DNA of 63,977 nt, counting the filler, from Basidiobolus ranarum (lineage: Eukaryota): NCBI GenBank assembly GCA_040143965.1. It is 3 parts of 3 records of this genome, joined end to end, with 100 filler letters (N's around TTAATTAATTAA, not from the genome) between each part and the next. Parts side by side here need not be neighbours in the genome. Positions count along the whole stretch, not along the records: positions 21,549 to 42,969 come from JASJQH010000205.1; positions 43,070 to 63,977 come from JASJQH010000218.1; 1 more part is not named here. One strand, given 5' to 3'. Shown here one piece after another: positions 39,624 to 51,900 of the stretch. How positions within the stretch are numbered: position 1 is the first letter of the stretch; every line of letters begins with the position of its first letter. A program made the position numbers and the translations under genes. The notes under the pieces are model-generated. The model saw only the letters and a program-made list of their open reading frames with translations. It was not told the DNA's origin and did no database searches.

Positions 39624-40490
39624 TTAAGTGTTGGGGTGCTTATTTTTCATGTGATTTGTCAGAGTATCTGAGCGATAAAATCCCTGTTTACAATACCAGC
39701 AGGGATATGGCTTCTCCCCAGTATGTTTGCGCAGATGACGCTCCATGTCGTGTTTGAACTTGAATGCTCTAGAACAAAGAATACAAGCAAATTCTCTAAC
39801 CTGAGAGTGGGTTTTTCTATGACTTTCTAAAGCCGAAGGGCGGTCGAAGGGTTTTCCACAGACCAAACAGATGAATTCCCTACCTCGTGATTGTTTGACT
39901 TTGTCCCATATTTTCAATGATTCCTTGCTTTTCATCGACTCTTCTTTTCGCCTCAACTGGTGATCATTTATTGGCAACCTCTGCACGATGATTTGTACCT
40001 CTGACGGGATACTTTTATAAATGTCCGATTGTAAAGAGATCGGCGGTGATACAGTGGGCTTGATGGTCGTATTAGAGTGAGAGTTTGTGTAATTTGCAGA
40101 TAGCATTGTGAAGATGAATCGATAGATTGTGACTAATCTAGGGGATTGAATTCCATGTAACAATATTTCGTCAAGTAATTTAATACTTTGTAGAACATCT
40201 TTCTCATATAACTCACTCAGAGCTTTTAAAAATATCGCCTCTACTTGAAGTTCATGTGGAACGTAATTCCTTTCTCTCACTTCTTCTAAATTAGAAGAGC
40301 TAGATCCATCGATGTCTTTAGAAATTTCTTGGATGCCTTGTTCCAATTTCATATCTATTTGTAGGTTATCTTTTGATGCCCATGGACTAGTATCCGATGA
40401 AAGTGATACATGGACAAACTTTGAACTTGGGCTTAAAGGTCTCTCGATAACACTCTTTCTGGGAATGAGGTAATTATCCAAATGCGACAT
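39624..40490 (-). CDS. C2H2 zinc-finger transcription factor (3 fingers)
   Basis: CLVCGKPFDRPSALESHRKTH, CILCSRAFKFKHDMERHLRKH, TGEKPY linker, CWYCKQGFYRSDTLTNHMKNKH. Confidence 0.9.
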   Translation of the reverse strand: MSHLDNYLIPRKSVIERPLSPSSKFVHVSLSSDTSPWASKDNLQIDMKLEQGIQEISKDIDGSSSSNLEEVRERNYVPHELQVEAIFLKALSELYEKDVLQSIKLLDEILLHGIQSPRLVTIYRFIFTMLSANYTNSHSNTTIKPTVSPPISLQSDIYKSIPSEVQIIVQRLPINDHQLRRKEESMKSKESLKIWDKVKQSRGREFICLVCGKPFDRPSALESHRKTHSQVREFACILCSRAFKFKHDMERHLRKHTGEKPYPCWYCKQGFYRSDTLTNHMKNKHPNT

Positions 40491-42569
40491 TACAATGGAA
40501 GAATAGACAAAGCATCAGTCTGTGCTTTTTGGAAGGCCCAGGAGGTGTAGAGTGATTTTTATATTAGCGTATCTTTGACACTCAGTCCTACCTTTACTTT
40601 ATTAACATATAAGAGAGACGAGGTTAGGTCAACATAATCGAATAGTTCACTATATTTGAAGAAGAGAGCCGTTTACTCATCTCTAAAATTTCCTACTGGA
40701 TTCGTCCAACATTCAAATCAAGTAGCACATGGTGATAAAATACCAGTCCCAACACACCAACTCCTAAGACAGTCCATTCTTCTGCTGGGATGCTGTGGAT
40801 CATGATTACTGATTGTTTGTAGAAAGACGGTGATTCATTTAGTAGAGCCAATCTTTAGCTGGCTTGGGTAGAAATAAGTCAAGTTTGTCGTCAAACATTC
40901 GCTACTGTTTCTTCCATCTATTTTAGGAGATTTTTCATCCAGAGACCGTTGTATATTTCAAAGAGCATACAGCAGTCTTCAAGCCTCATTAGATTCTTAA
41001 TGATCAGCTATACATCAGTTTATTGACGTACCCTAGTCTAAGCTTGAATAAAAGAGGGCATTTTAACTGAATAAGCGTTCCTGACTGGCTCAAAAGTCCA
41101 ATACCAAAATGGAGTCAACTTGGGATAGCCACCACTATCAACATGTGCTGAGTTGTAACGTTGAACTCAATCAATTCTACTAATTTAAATGAGTAGTACT
41201 ATATATGTACTACTTTAATCAATACCAGCATCTTTGGACCATCCTTATTTTCCAAGAATTCCCAAGTTGCATCATCACTATATGGTAGTCTATGCATTGA
41301 CTTTCTATTATGTGATGCACAATAATGTTGAAGTTTCAATCTATAACAGTCACCTACGCAATACTCTCAATAAATAGCGAAAGTGCTTTGTCAACTGTTC
41401 CTGCTAGAGCCAATGGTTAAAGAAGTCAAAGGCATGAGCACACACACTTCTTCTGATTGGGTTGACCGAGTTATATTTGTACAGCCAACTAATATACGAA
41501 ACTATATTGGATTGAAATGTGCTTTCTTTCTTAGATAGAACTTTCAGAAGATTTGCAATGGACTCATTTACAGTGGTTATAAGTGATACTTATGGTGATG
41601 CGTGGATTGTTGGGTTCGTATATAATTGACTAAATCAATATTTTTCAATTCAACTGAGATAAAAACCTGGACTGAGGATATGTTCTTTCCTCGGTTTATT
41701 TATATTATTGAAGGGCGGTACTAACCAAATAAATCGTCATTTTCGAAGGTTCATCGGCTTTACCAGTATAATCGTAGTAGTATTTATTCGCTATTGTTCG
41801 CGCTCAGATTTTTAGACGTGTTAATAGGTGGTACATGTGCCCACTCAACATTTGTCCGTTAAAACAGTCAGATACTTATTCTTATTCTTTTTGTTTATAC
41901 CTTGTTTTATCATTCCATGATTTGTTCCATCAGACCAGGGGTTAACGGACCATGACTCAATGTAATATAGCTTGATGAAACTGATCATGCCAGAGAGTGT
42001 CAGATTGGGCTCCATCTAATTTTAAAATGCTTGATCCAATATTATATATATACAGCACTATCTGGCCCGATAAAAGAAATATATTGGATGCTCACAATGT
42101 TTTATGTTGATTTTTGCCAATCATTGGCTTCAATATCGGCCTACATTGTCATTGGAATCGCTGTTAGGGTAACCTAATTCGGAATAAGTATCAAACTAAT
42201 TAGTACTGAAACCGCTCCTTATAATAGCTGTTTATACCAACATTCAACACCTATCAACTATCTGATACTTCTGACAGTTAGGTACTAAATTAGAGGTTAT
42301 ATACCTTGTTTTATGAGCACTGTTGGCAATGCCCTTGAGAGCTGAGAATTTTCTATGCCTATTCACTCAACACTACCTATTTCGTCTAGTTAACCTGAGA
42401 TATCATCAGTTGAATGAAAGCTGCCACACTAATTCAAATTAGAAGTTCCCTAATCTAAGTTTCATGGTTGAAAAAGCATCATATTTATTAAGTCAGATGA
42501 GGAATTAATTCATCAAAACGACAAATCTTAAGGTAAATTGAGCTAAAATTAGTAATATGCTACATTTAC

Positions 42570-42969
42570 TTAGTGATTTACGAATTGCATGAAGTATTCT
42601 TGAATATGACCAATATTGTGAAGGTAAAGCGCAACTCCTAAGTAACCATCGGGACGAACAATTAAGATCACTGGGTCATTGTGAGTAAATCCGAACTTAG
42701 CTTGTACTTCATCATAGTTCGCGTAATAGATACTGCCAAAATTTCGTTTCAAGATAGCAATCGAGTCTTTGTTGTCACTATACCTCTCGTCAGTAATCAC
42801 CAAGGTTTCGAAAAATGGAGTGGCCCCTTCGTAGGCATTTCGAAGTTTTGTTATTGAGCAACTAATCCACTGGTTCCTGTACACAGGCTAGCTACCAAAG
42901 AAGAATTGGACTATTTACAACAAAAGCACATACTTACGAGTACATTGCCAAAATTATTAACCACTGATA
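42570..42969 (-). CDS. C-terminal fragment of a probable FAD-dependent aromatic monooxygenase (PheA/TfdB-like), truncated by a gap
   Basis: VQAKFGF...VILIVRPDGYLG..L..IQEYF is typical of the C-terminal thioredoxin-like domain. An upstream intron and exon run into Ns. Confidence 0.6.
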
Positions 42970-43069
42970 NNNNNNNNNNNNNNNNNNNNNNNNNNNNNNN
43001 NNNNNNNNNNNNNTTAATTAATTAANNNNNNNNNNNNNNNNNNNNNNNNNNNNNNNNNNNNNNNNNNNN
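42970..43069. other. Assembly gap with artificial linker
   Basis: 44 N + TTAATTAATTAA + 44 N; different truncated genes on the two sides. Confidence 0.97.
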
Positions 43070-43514
43070 CCGGAGCTACCAATACGAGTGGAATCTTCAC
43101 GGGGGCCTGAATTGATGATAGCAGCAATAAGAACTTGAAGGGGGGTTTGGGCGGTGAGAAGGGGGACAATCTCAAAAGCGTGCTTGACAATACGAACAGC
43201 CATAAGTTTCTTGCCGTTGTTACGACCGTGCATCATAAGAGAGTTGGTGAGACGTTCAACAATGGGGCACTAAAATCAAGTGTACAATGTTAGTAAAGAA
43301 TCACATTATAGACACCTATCATGTTTTTACGAACTTGAGCCTTTCTGAACTTCTTGGTAGCATATCTACCAGCGGTGTGAGGCAAGTAGACAGGTGCTCT
43401 GATCTGAAGATAATCAGTCAAAGAGATATCTTTGATTTCAAGGTCTTCATAAGACCACTTGTTGAAAAGCTGGATGCCTTGAGAATCGGCGGTGATTTCA
43501 GCGGGTAAAGCCAT
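43070..43514 (-). CDS. RPS5: 40S ribosomal protein uS7 (RPS5), 3'-truncated by a gap
   Basis: [79 protein letters not shown]; one intron at about 43270-43334. Confidence 0.96.
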
Positions 43515-44101
43515 GTTCCGTTTCGCCTGTTAACAGTAAATTTGGATCAATAAGAGTAATCGGGGAACTTGATAGATGGATGCATACAAAAGCATTTGGA
43601 TTCCATTCTATGCGAACTAAACTAATACACTGTGAAATCTCACTAACCGTAATACTGAAGGATGACCGATAGAAAAGAATGTTCACATTTCGCTACGCAG
43701 TGAATTTTGTTCGTTTCGCGATCATTCCCAGAACCAATCAAGTCAGATTTCTCGTGCTACCAAATAATAGAAATAGAAATCACATTAGGATAAATCAATG
43801 GCGAGTATTCTAGATAATATATTAAGATAGCTCTGATTTTTGGTTAATCAAAATTACTAAATGTTGAACAACACTTTCCAATAGAGGCCTTTTAATTACA
43901 GTAAATGAGCTTTGAATTAATGAAGATTTAAGTTTGCTCAAATATTAAATTCATTTAACCATTATTACCAGTACAGCGATACTCTTGGCTTAGAGGTTAG
44001 TGACGTCTAGGATAATTTATCAAGTGATAATTGGATTCTTGGTATCTCTGCTGTTCCTGTTGCTTTAGGGTAGGTCTTTGCTTTATTGTAGACATATAAC
44101 T

Positions 44102-45426
44102 ATGGTAAGTTGAGACACTAACGAACCCGTATATCTAAATTTCACCAACATGAATGCTAATAATGATTTCCTTTATCAGAATTTTACCAAGAGAACACAA
44201 CAAAGCGAAAAAATAAAAATATTTATGTCATTCACTAATGCCAGGTACTTGAGCTATGCACCTTCAAATTGAAGACATTTTTTTCATTATATACTGTATT
44301 TCTATTTCCTACAGTGAGAAAGCTGCACGCGAAAGCTTGGAGGCTTTTGACTGGAATGTCCAAAGTGCGGTTGATGGATATTTCGGTGGTTCTATTCCTT
44401 CAGATAACATGAATTCACATAACTCCAATCCTATAAACTACCAGTACCTCAGTGATGTTTTTGAGGAGTATAAAGGTTTGACTCGTCAAAATAACTTAAG
44501 AGTGGGAATAACGGAGAATTTACCACCTTTTATCCTATGAAGATTCCGATGAAGACGCTATTCTCGTAGAGGGCACAGAAAAATACTGTAACGATCTTGA
44601 GGTAGATCCCACCGACGTTGTGATGCTAGTGGTGGCTTGGCACCTGAATTCAGAGCGTATGTGTGAGTTCAAAAGAAAAGACTTCATTGAGGGTTGGGCT
44701 ACTCTAGGGTAATTCCATTCACGACTTGAAAATATCTGTTATGCTGATGTAAATTAGACTGAATTTATTTCCATAACCACACTCACAGATGCGATAGTTT
44801 GGAGAAGATGAAAGGCGTGATTCCAAAATTGCGGGCAGAGCTTGATGATGAGAATAAGTTTAGGGAAATCTATCAGTTTACTTTTAAATTTAGTAGAAGC
44901 GAGAATCAAAAAAGCCTTCGTAAGTATTTCTTGAAAATTCCTCACGATCATCTCATTATACCTACGATTTATCTTTAATACATACAAACCACCTACAGCC
45001 CTCGATATTGCCGTTCCGTTGTGGCAGCTCCTCTTCGAAGGAAGATATAAACATCTTGATGTATGGCTCCAATTTGTTCAGGAAAACCATGGAAAAGCCA
45101 TTTCCAAAGATACTTGGAATCTGGTTAGTTAATTCACTTGTATCAGATTATTTAGAGAGAATGGGATTTTGACACGAAGATGCTGTTCTAGTTCCTAGAC
45201 TTTGTAAAAAGTTTCCCGAGTGATTTTAGCGGCCATGATATGGAGGGTTTGTATATGACTGGATTCAATATTAATACGAGGAATTCAATAATAATTTTCT
45301 TTTTGGTTGTTAGGTGCTTGGCCAGTACTTATTGATGAAGTAAGTTGTAAATCATGTTTGAAGGTGTGTTTGTTTACCATATTTACACCTCTTTGCCAGT
45401 TTGTGGAGTACGCACAACAACATTAA
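44102..45426 (+). CDS. DCN1: DCN1 cullin neddylation co-E3 (UBA-like plus PONY domain), about 9 exons
   Basis: ATG-only first exon; KIKIFMSFTNA|SEKAARESLEAFDWNVQSAVDGYF; ILVEGTEKYCNDLEVDP; FREIYQFTF; AISKDTWNL; GAWPVLIDEFVEY. Confidence 0.92.
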
Positions 45427-45915
45427 CTGGAGTCAAGAGATATGCCACACTTTGACTGAATCGGTTACCCGCACACGAAGTTGATAATAAGCATAATAAA
45501 TATTGGATTGGATCCAGATTATTATTAATTGAATGGGCAATGGTGTTTAATATCTATTCCAAGAAACTCATCTCCTGTTCAGATCCAGTGGTCTTCGATG
45601 AGGTTAGTAGATGTTAATATAATGGCCCTTTATTTGGGACTAGCATGTTAAGTAGGTGGGAATATAATAGAGACGGGTGCGAACTCTCAGTGAGATGGAT
45701 TACTATGTACACAAAATAAAAATAATCTGCATTGCCTAATGTATCTATTTTACCGTAGTTTCTCATCGTACCGCCCCTTTCACCAATAGTGACGGAGCCA
45801 GATCAACGTAAAACCACACAGAAAATTAGAGCGTTATCTGTACAGACTCCTGGCGGATCCAGTCCGAATATTTTATGGGATGATGAATATTGAGCCTGAA
45901 GTGCAATGATAGGAC

Positions 45916-48075
45916 CTAGGACAGGTACCTAGTAACATCTAGGAGCAATAAAAAAGTCGATCAAAAAAAAGGTGGTGAAAAATGAGACGAAATCAGCCAT
46001 ACCTCCGGATACTGATTCCGTGTTGAATGAGTTACTAATCCATTCAAGGTCTTCTGAGTGAGCACTTGGTATGGCCGAGAAATCTGCGTGAAGATCTGTA
46101 AACGCAAAGAATTGGTTCGGATCTTCGCTATTGAAGCTATACAAACTCTGAGGATCGTCGCTAAATGCAACAGAAAATTCAGGACCACTGTAGATCCGAC
46201 GAAGAGTTAGCTGGGAGAATGGACAACAGTGCTTATGGCTGTACCGTACCTAGTCAAAGCTGGAGTCGCATACACTTGGGCACTGAGAGAATCATCTAAT
46301 CGAGCTGTATCTGAGAATAGGTCGGACCTGAGCTCCGTTGCCTATATATGTAGTTAATAAACGAAAATGTTATAAACTAAATAGTGGTTCTTTACCATAG
46401 AGTCGATGTATAATCCCATATTAATATCAGTCCTCACAGCCGAGGGCTTAGATACAAATTTCTTATATCAAAACGGTAATATTAGCATATCAAGTATTTC
46501 AATGAACTACACAGCTACATACTCGATATGCATCATCATGTCTAACATATGGCTCCAAGACCAAGCCGTTGACATCACTTGATAGAACGTCTGTATCATC
46601 AAATTGAGGGATATCAGAGAATAGCATGTACATATCTTCATCATTTTCAAGCAAAAGTGACTGGATTTGATCGGTTTCTGTTGCAGCAACGCTTGGAGCA
46701 GTATTTTCAAAAAGCGGAAGTTCTCCATCTGAATCGAAAGGATCGGTGGCCAAGTCAACCTGCGATGATTGGAAAGAATCGTGATAAATATCGCTGTACA
46801 ATGAATCTTCGGTGGGTGCGTCTGATGTAGACATTGCCAAAGGCATCCCCGTCTTAATAACGTTGATATTATTAGAACTGTGATGAATGTTTGTTTTGGG
46901 GGTGCATCTAGGACAAACATATTTATCGGGGAGATTGTTTTCGGATATCTTTACACAACTGATGTGAAGCCAATTCTGGCAAAGGTCACAAAGTATCATA
47001 GTACCAGTATCACTATAGTCATGATCGCATATACAGTCTACAATATTGTTTGTTTTCCCAGAGCATCGATGATTTTTAGAATCCTTAGATGTTTTATATG
47101 TTTTCTTACAATCTGAGTAGAGAAAGGGAGTGAACATTTCCAAAGAGTAGGCCGGTTTTCTTTTGAGGTGAGATTTCCTAAGTTTTTTACCTTGTCCTCC
47201 GATTCTGAATTTGGACACACCGCTTTGAGGGAAGCTGTGTTTTTTAAACGTTTTCTTCAATGTATCCTTTTGGAAATTCTTATCACTACTCCCAATGATA
47301 AGGAGGTTCTTAGATATTATCATGCGCGGGGGCTCAATAATGGTAATCTTACGAGAATAGTAAGAATGTTTTTTAGTTGTTGGTGTATAGTTTGTTTTGA
47401 TTCTCTTGAATGCGTTGACAAGAGTCAGTCTTAATCCATTGGTAGCGTTGGAGTATGCGGTATGTAGTAAATGCGTTGGCGCAGATACAGTAATAGGCGA
47501 TGCATCCAAAGGTATTGCTATAGAGTTCTTATTGGTTGGGTATTGCGACAGAATCTTGTTCAATGAGATATGCGCAGTATTAAGGTGGCGATCTATAAGA
47601 TGGCTCTTTTTATGTACATTAAGCGAGGCGACAGCTTCGTGACTATTAGGTATACCATTTTTAGCGTGTTCTGAGAGTTTTCCTTTCCTATCCTTAAATT
47701 GTGAGCGCTTCTTACAAGAGTTTGAGGTGGGTACTAAAGGATGTTTTAAACTCCTTTGTTCGAACGCCGTAAGACCCAATAACGGCCTTGGTCTAGGGAT
47801 TATAAAAGAATCGGCACTTTTGATGGTTTTGAAAGGAGAGGTGACTGGATCTACTTTGGTCAGGTTTCTTTCTCGAGTAGCGTTGGGAGGGGAATTTTGG
47901 AAACAATTATATTTTGCAGAGTTCTCTTGGTTTTCAATACTGCTTGGTAAATAAAGTTTAAATTTCAAACACTTGCTACATAGTCGTCTAAGCAACTCAA
48001 TTACACAAACCTCAAGGAGGATAAAGAGGAATGCGAGGAAGCATCAGTGAGGAAAGGAGTAGTGGTAGTATCCAT
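45916..48075 (-). CDS. PHD-finger protein, multi-exon (ends approximate)
   Basis: VDCICDHDYSDTGTMILCDLCQNWLHISCVKISENNLPDKYVCPRC (C4HC3), preceded by a basic region and followed by an acidic tail. Start and 3' exons inferred from GT-AG junctions. Confidence 0.75.
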
Positions 48076-48911
48076 ACACGCGACAGTATTCAAAGAGGAA
48101 TAAGTAAAATATAAGTTACAGGTTACGAGGTTACCAGGTACTACCTAGTTGAGAAAAAGTATAGGGCTAAATGAGAGAATATGGAAGCAGAATCTGGCTT
48201 GGTGTTAACAAACAATGGGATCTTGAGAGAAAATGATGTCAGAGTTGTAGCTGGTCACGAATATGTCGATCCAATCTTGCACACGTACAAATAGATGATT
48301 TCACTGTTGACAAGACTGTTTATCGGACTATCAGTCATTTGCTATAGAGTATTGGTATAATCACCCTTAATACATGTTAGATTCATTTTCTTCATTCAGC
48401 ACGGAAAAAGGTAGATATATACCTTCACTTCATAGCAAGGCTGTACCAAATCTATCTTAAGAGACCATTGACCAGTTGAGCTCGTCTGGTGTTTTCACTT
48501 GTGAGAATATGCGTATTTGTTTAACCATACATCGGTGGTAGCGTGAATAACCTACTGAGAATTAAGTGGTCAGTTGCATTTTCTGTTGAAACCCCATATT
48601 TGTCGAATTACGTCGAATCTCTTTAGATCCACCCAAGCAACGTACGTACAAGAATCTCTTTGCTGGCAATATCTCAGTAGTAAATAGATTCTGTTTAATG
48701 GTAGGTAGTGATTCGATGGTGGTCAACTAAAGGACGAGTCGAGAGTGAACACCAATAATGGTCAAGATAATACTACTGAGATGGTCTAGAATTGGCTAAT
48801 TGACAAATCAAATTGGATTTATTTATGTTCAATGTGATAGGTATTATGTATACATATGAGAAATCAACTTTCGCGGAAATGATAAAATATTAAGTACATG
48901 TCAATGGATGC

Positions 48912-51900
48912 TTAAGCTGGGATTTGACCACCATACATCTCTTCGAGATCCAACTTAGGGTCGCCAATCAACTTCAATCCAAATTTATCGGAAAGAATTT
49001 TCACAGCACTTGGTCTCAAGAAGGCTGGCAATTGTGGCCCAACTCTGATATCCTGTAATCCCAAGGATAATAGAGAGAGAAGTACAACTACAGCCTTTTG
49101 CTCGAACCAAGAGAGTACTATCGACAATGGAAGATCATGAATGGTGCATTTCAGGGCATCAGCTAAAGCAGAAGCGACTTGAACTGCCGCATACGAATCG
49201 TTACACTGACCCATATCGAGCAATCTGGGGATACCAGAGTCTCCAATGGACTTCCATTGTAAGGAGTTGATTCTGAATTTACCACAACCAGCAGTAAGAA
49301 CTACAGCAGTTTCTGGAAGTATCTTGGCTAAGTCTGTGTAGTAACTACGTTCTCCTTCATAACCATCACATCCACCAATGACAAAGACTCTACTGATGTC
49401 TCCAGTTTCAATAGCCTTCAATACTGTTGGGGCAACACCCAAAATGGTTTCAGAACTGAAGCCAACTTGATAGTTGTCGGTGATTGGAGTGAAGCTGCTA
49501 GGAGGATACTTGAATTCTAGCGTTTCTTCAGTAAATCCTGGCGACTCTAAGGCCACCTTGATAACTTGGCTAAAATCGAGATCGTCATTGACGTGGGCGA
49601 TATTTGGCCAGCCTACAACACCAACTGTGAACAAACGACCCTGATAGTCGTCTTTAGGGGCGGTTAAGCAATTGGTAGTCATGACGATGGCACCTGGGAA
49701 GTGTGGGAACTCAACAGACTGTCTCTGCCAAGCAACTCCATAATGACCTGCTAAATGTTTGTGCTGGCGAAGTTTGGGGTATCCGTGAGCAGGTAACATT
49801 TCACCGTGAGTATAAATGTTGATACCTAGTCCTTCGGTTTGATAAAGTAAAGCATCCAAGAACTTGAAATCATGACCAGAGACAAGAATACATTTACCAG
49901 GGCGTGGCTTGAGAGGTACAGTATGAGGTGTTTGAGCACCGAAAGTGTTGTTTGCATTATGTAACACATCCATACAAATCAAATTCACTTGACCAAGTTC
50001 CATCAAATATCCCAACATTTTTTCCATATCCTTTGCGTCCTTAGTAGTCAAGAAGTAGAAAGCACGGTGGACAAATTCATAGATACGACGATCTTCATGT
50101 GCAAGGACCAGTGCATGATCAGCGTAGGCGCAAAGTCCCTTCAAACCATACACCAACATCTCCTGTAAACCTACAAGGGAGTCGTTTTTGGTGGCTCTCA
50201 TACGGCTAAGAATACCAACTTCTTTACCTTTGGAAACAAGCATATCTTCAATATCCCCAACGGAACCTGGTGTGTTATCAAGAATGTCGGAAATGCTCTC
50301 TGGGATTGAACATTTCTTAGGACGCAATTCGAGTCTTTTGCATATAGCATGATACTGAACACTTAAACGCTTAGTATAATCTCTACACTCGTGGTGGAAT
50401 TGAAGGAATCTGCTACTATCGAAATTGACATTGGTCAATGTAGAGAAGGTAGCTTTCAAAGAGTAATGATTGACCTCGGGGTATTCGACCTCTGATTCTT
50501 GTACCTTATCGGGATGATCATATTGCAATTGACGCAAATGGTAAGCGTACCAGGATAGACGTTTAAGGCAGGTAATTAGAAGATCTTGAAGAGCTGCTAC
50601 TTCTGGAGTTTTACCGCAAACACCGATAGTTGTACATCCACGGCCCTGATAAGTTTGTTCACATTGATAACAGAACATTTTAGCATCTTCGTACAAATTA
50701 GCGGTAGGTATATCTTCACCATTCGCGTGGCCACCTCTCTTGAGAATGATGCTTTTCAGTGCATTCTCCTCATCTGCACTCTTGGCGTAAGCCTCAACCT
50801 CCCAACGGTTTTGTTTTTTGAGGTTGGCAATGATTTCTAATGACTCTTCATAGGAAATTTGCTTGTTTGCTTGCAAGCACTCCCCAATGGTAATTTCCAT
50901 AGCACCTGGGATTAAGCCACCGAGTCCACAGTACAAATATGTGCCGTTATTATCTAAGTAATCAGTAACTTTTTCAGGGAAGTCAAGCATTCTAACGGCA
51001 CAGTTTTTCTGGTGATCACGAGAGGCGGCATCAATGACCTCCACAAGTCCTTTACGTGTGAAAGAATCCAACTCATCTTTAAAGAGGAATTCATGTTCGT
51101 AATATCTCATACCATAATAGAGTCTGATACGAGTCATTTCATGTCCTTGTTCAAGCAAAACCTCACGATGTTGAAGAATCGAACGGAATACACCAATACC
51201 ACTACCAAGAGCCACACCTAGAATTGGAGTGTCAAGACGTTCAGGCAAGTGGATCAATCCAGATTGAATTTTCAAGTAAACATAAGGGTCGGCAGAATCT
51301 GGCGACTTCTTGGACAAGTAAGTGGAAGTCAAGCCTTGGAATTTACCACCGTTATCTGTTTTCCATTCTTCCACAAAGAATACAATATCGATTTTGTCTT
51401 TTGAGGCCAGAGGAGATGAAGCAATGGAATAATATCTACTGGAAATCCTGGGAACGTTACTAATGAATTGCTCCAATGATATCTTTACAGAAGAATAGCG
51501 TTCAAGAACATCCACAATACTGAATACAGTTGATGTAGATAATTTCATGTACATATTTCCGGCCAACATGTCGGAAGCCAAACTCTCAAGTGCCTCTTGC
51601 TCTTGGACATCAGTAGCAAGACAGCTAAATCCTTCGACAAGCGCGCGACTAGGGATTGAACTAATGTCCAAAAAGTTTTTCAATAGTTGACGTATAGTTA
51701 GCACTGAAGGTAATGAAATAGAGTCGTCAGTCGGCTGAATCTCTATAACACTATCTAAATCTACGTCTAAAACTTTAGCAGCTCTTGCAACCAGATCATC
51801 AGGATTTTCGGGCATAATTTGGACATGGCCAGCAACTTCATACTCGAGATGTGATTGACCGATATCGAATGTTACTAAGCAGCCGGTTCTTTCGTAATCT

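Noticed and set aside
43115-43170. Apparently divergent RPS5 segment [17 protein letters not shown] versus the usual I.HLLTDQNPLQVL.DA
   Set aside because: All four changes are second-position A->C (T->G on the plus strand) within 100 nt of a contig end, the pattern of systematic low-coverage base-call error rather than real divergence.
47989-48011. Possible 23-nt ultrashort intron in the PHD gene
   Set aside because: A downstream CAG acceptor near 47940 gives a normal intron of about 70 nt that also preserves the frame.
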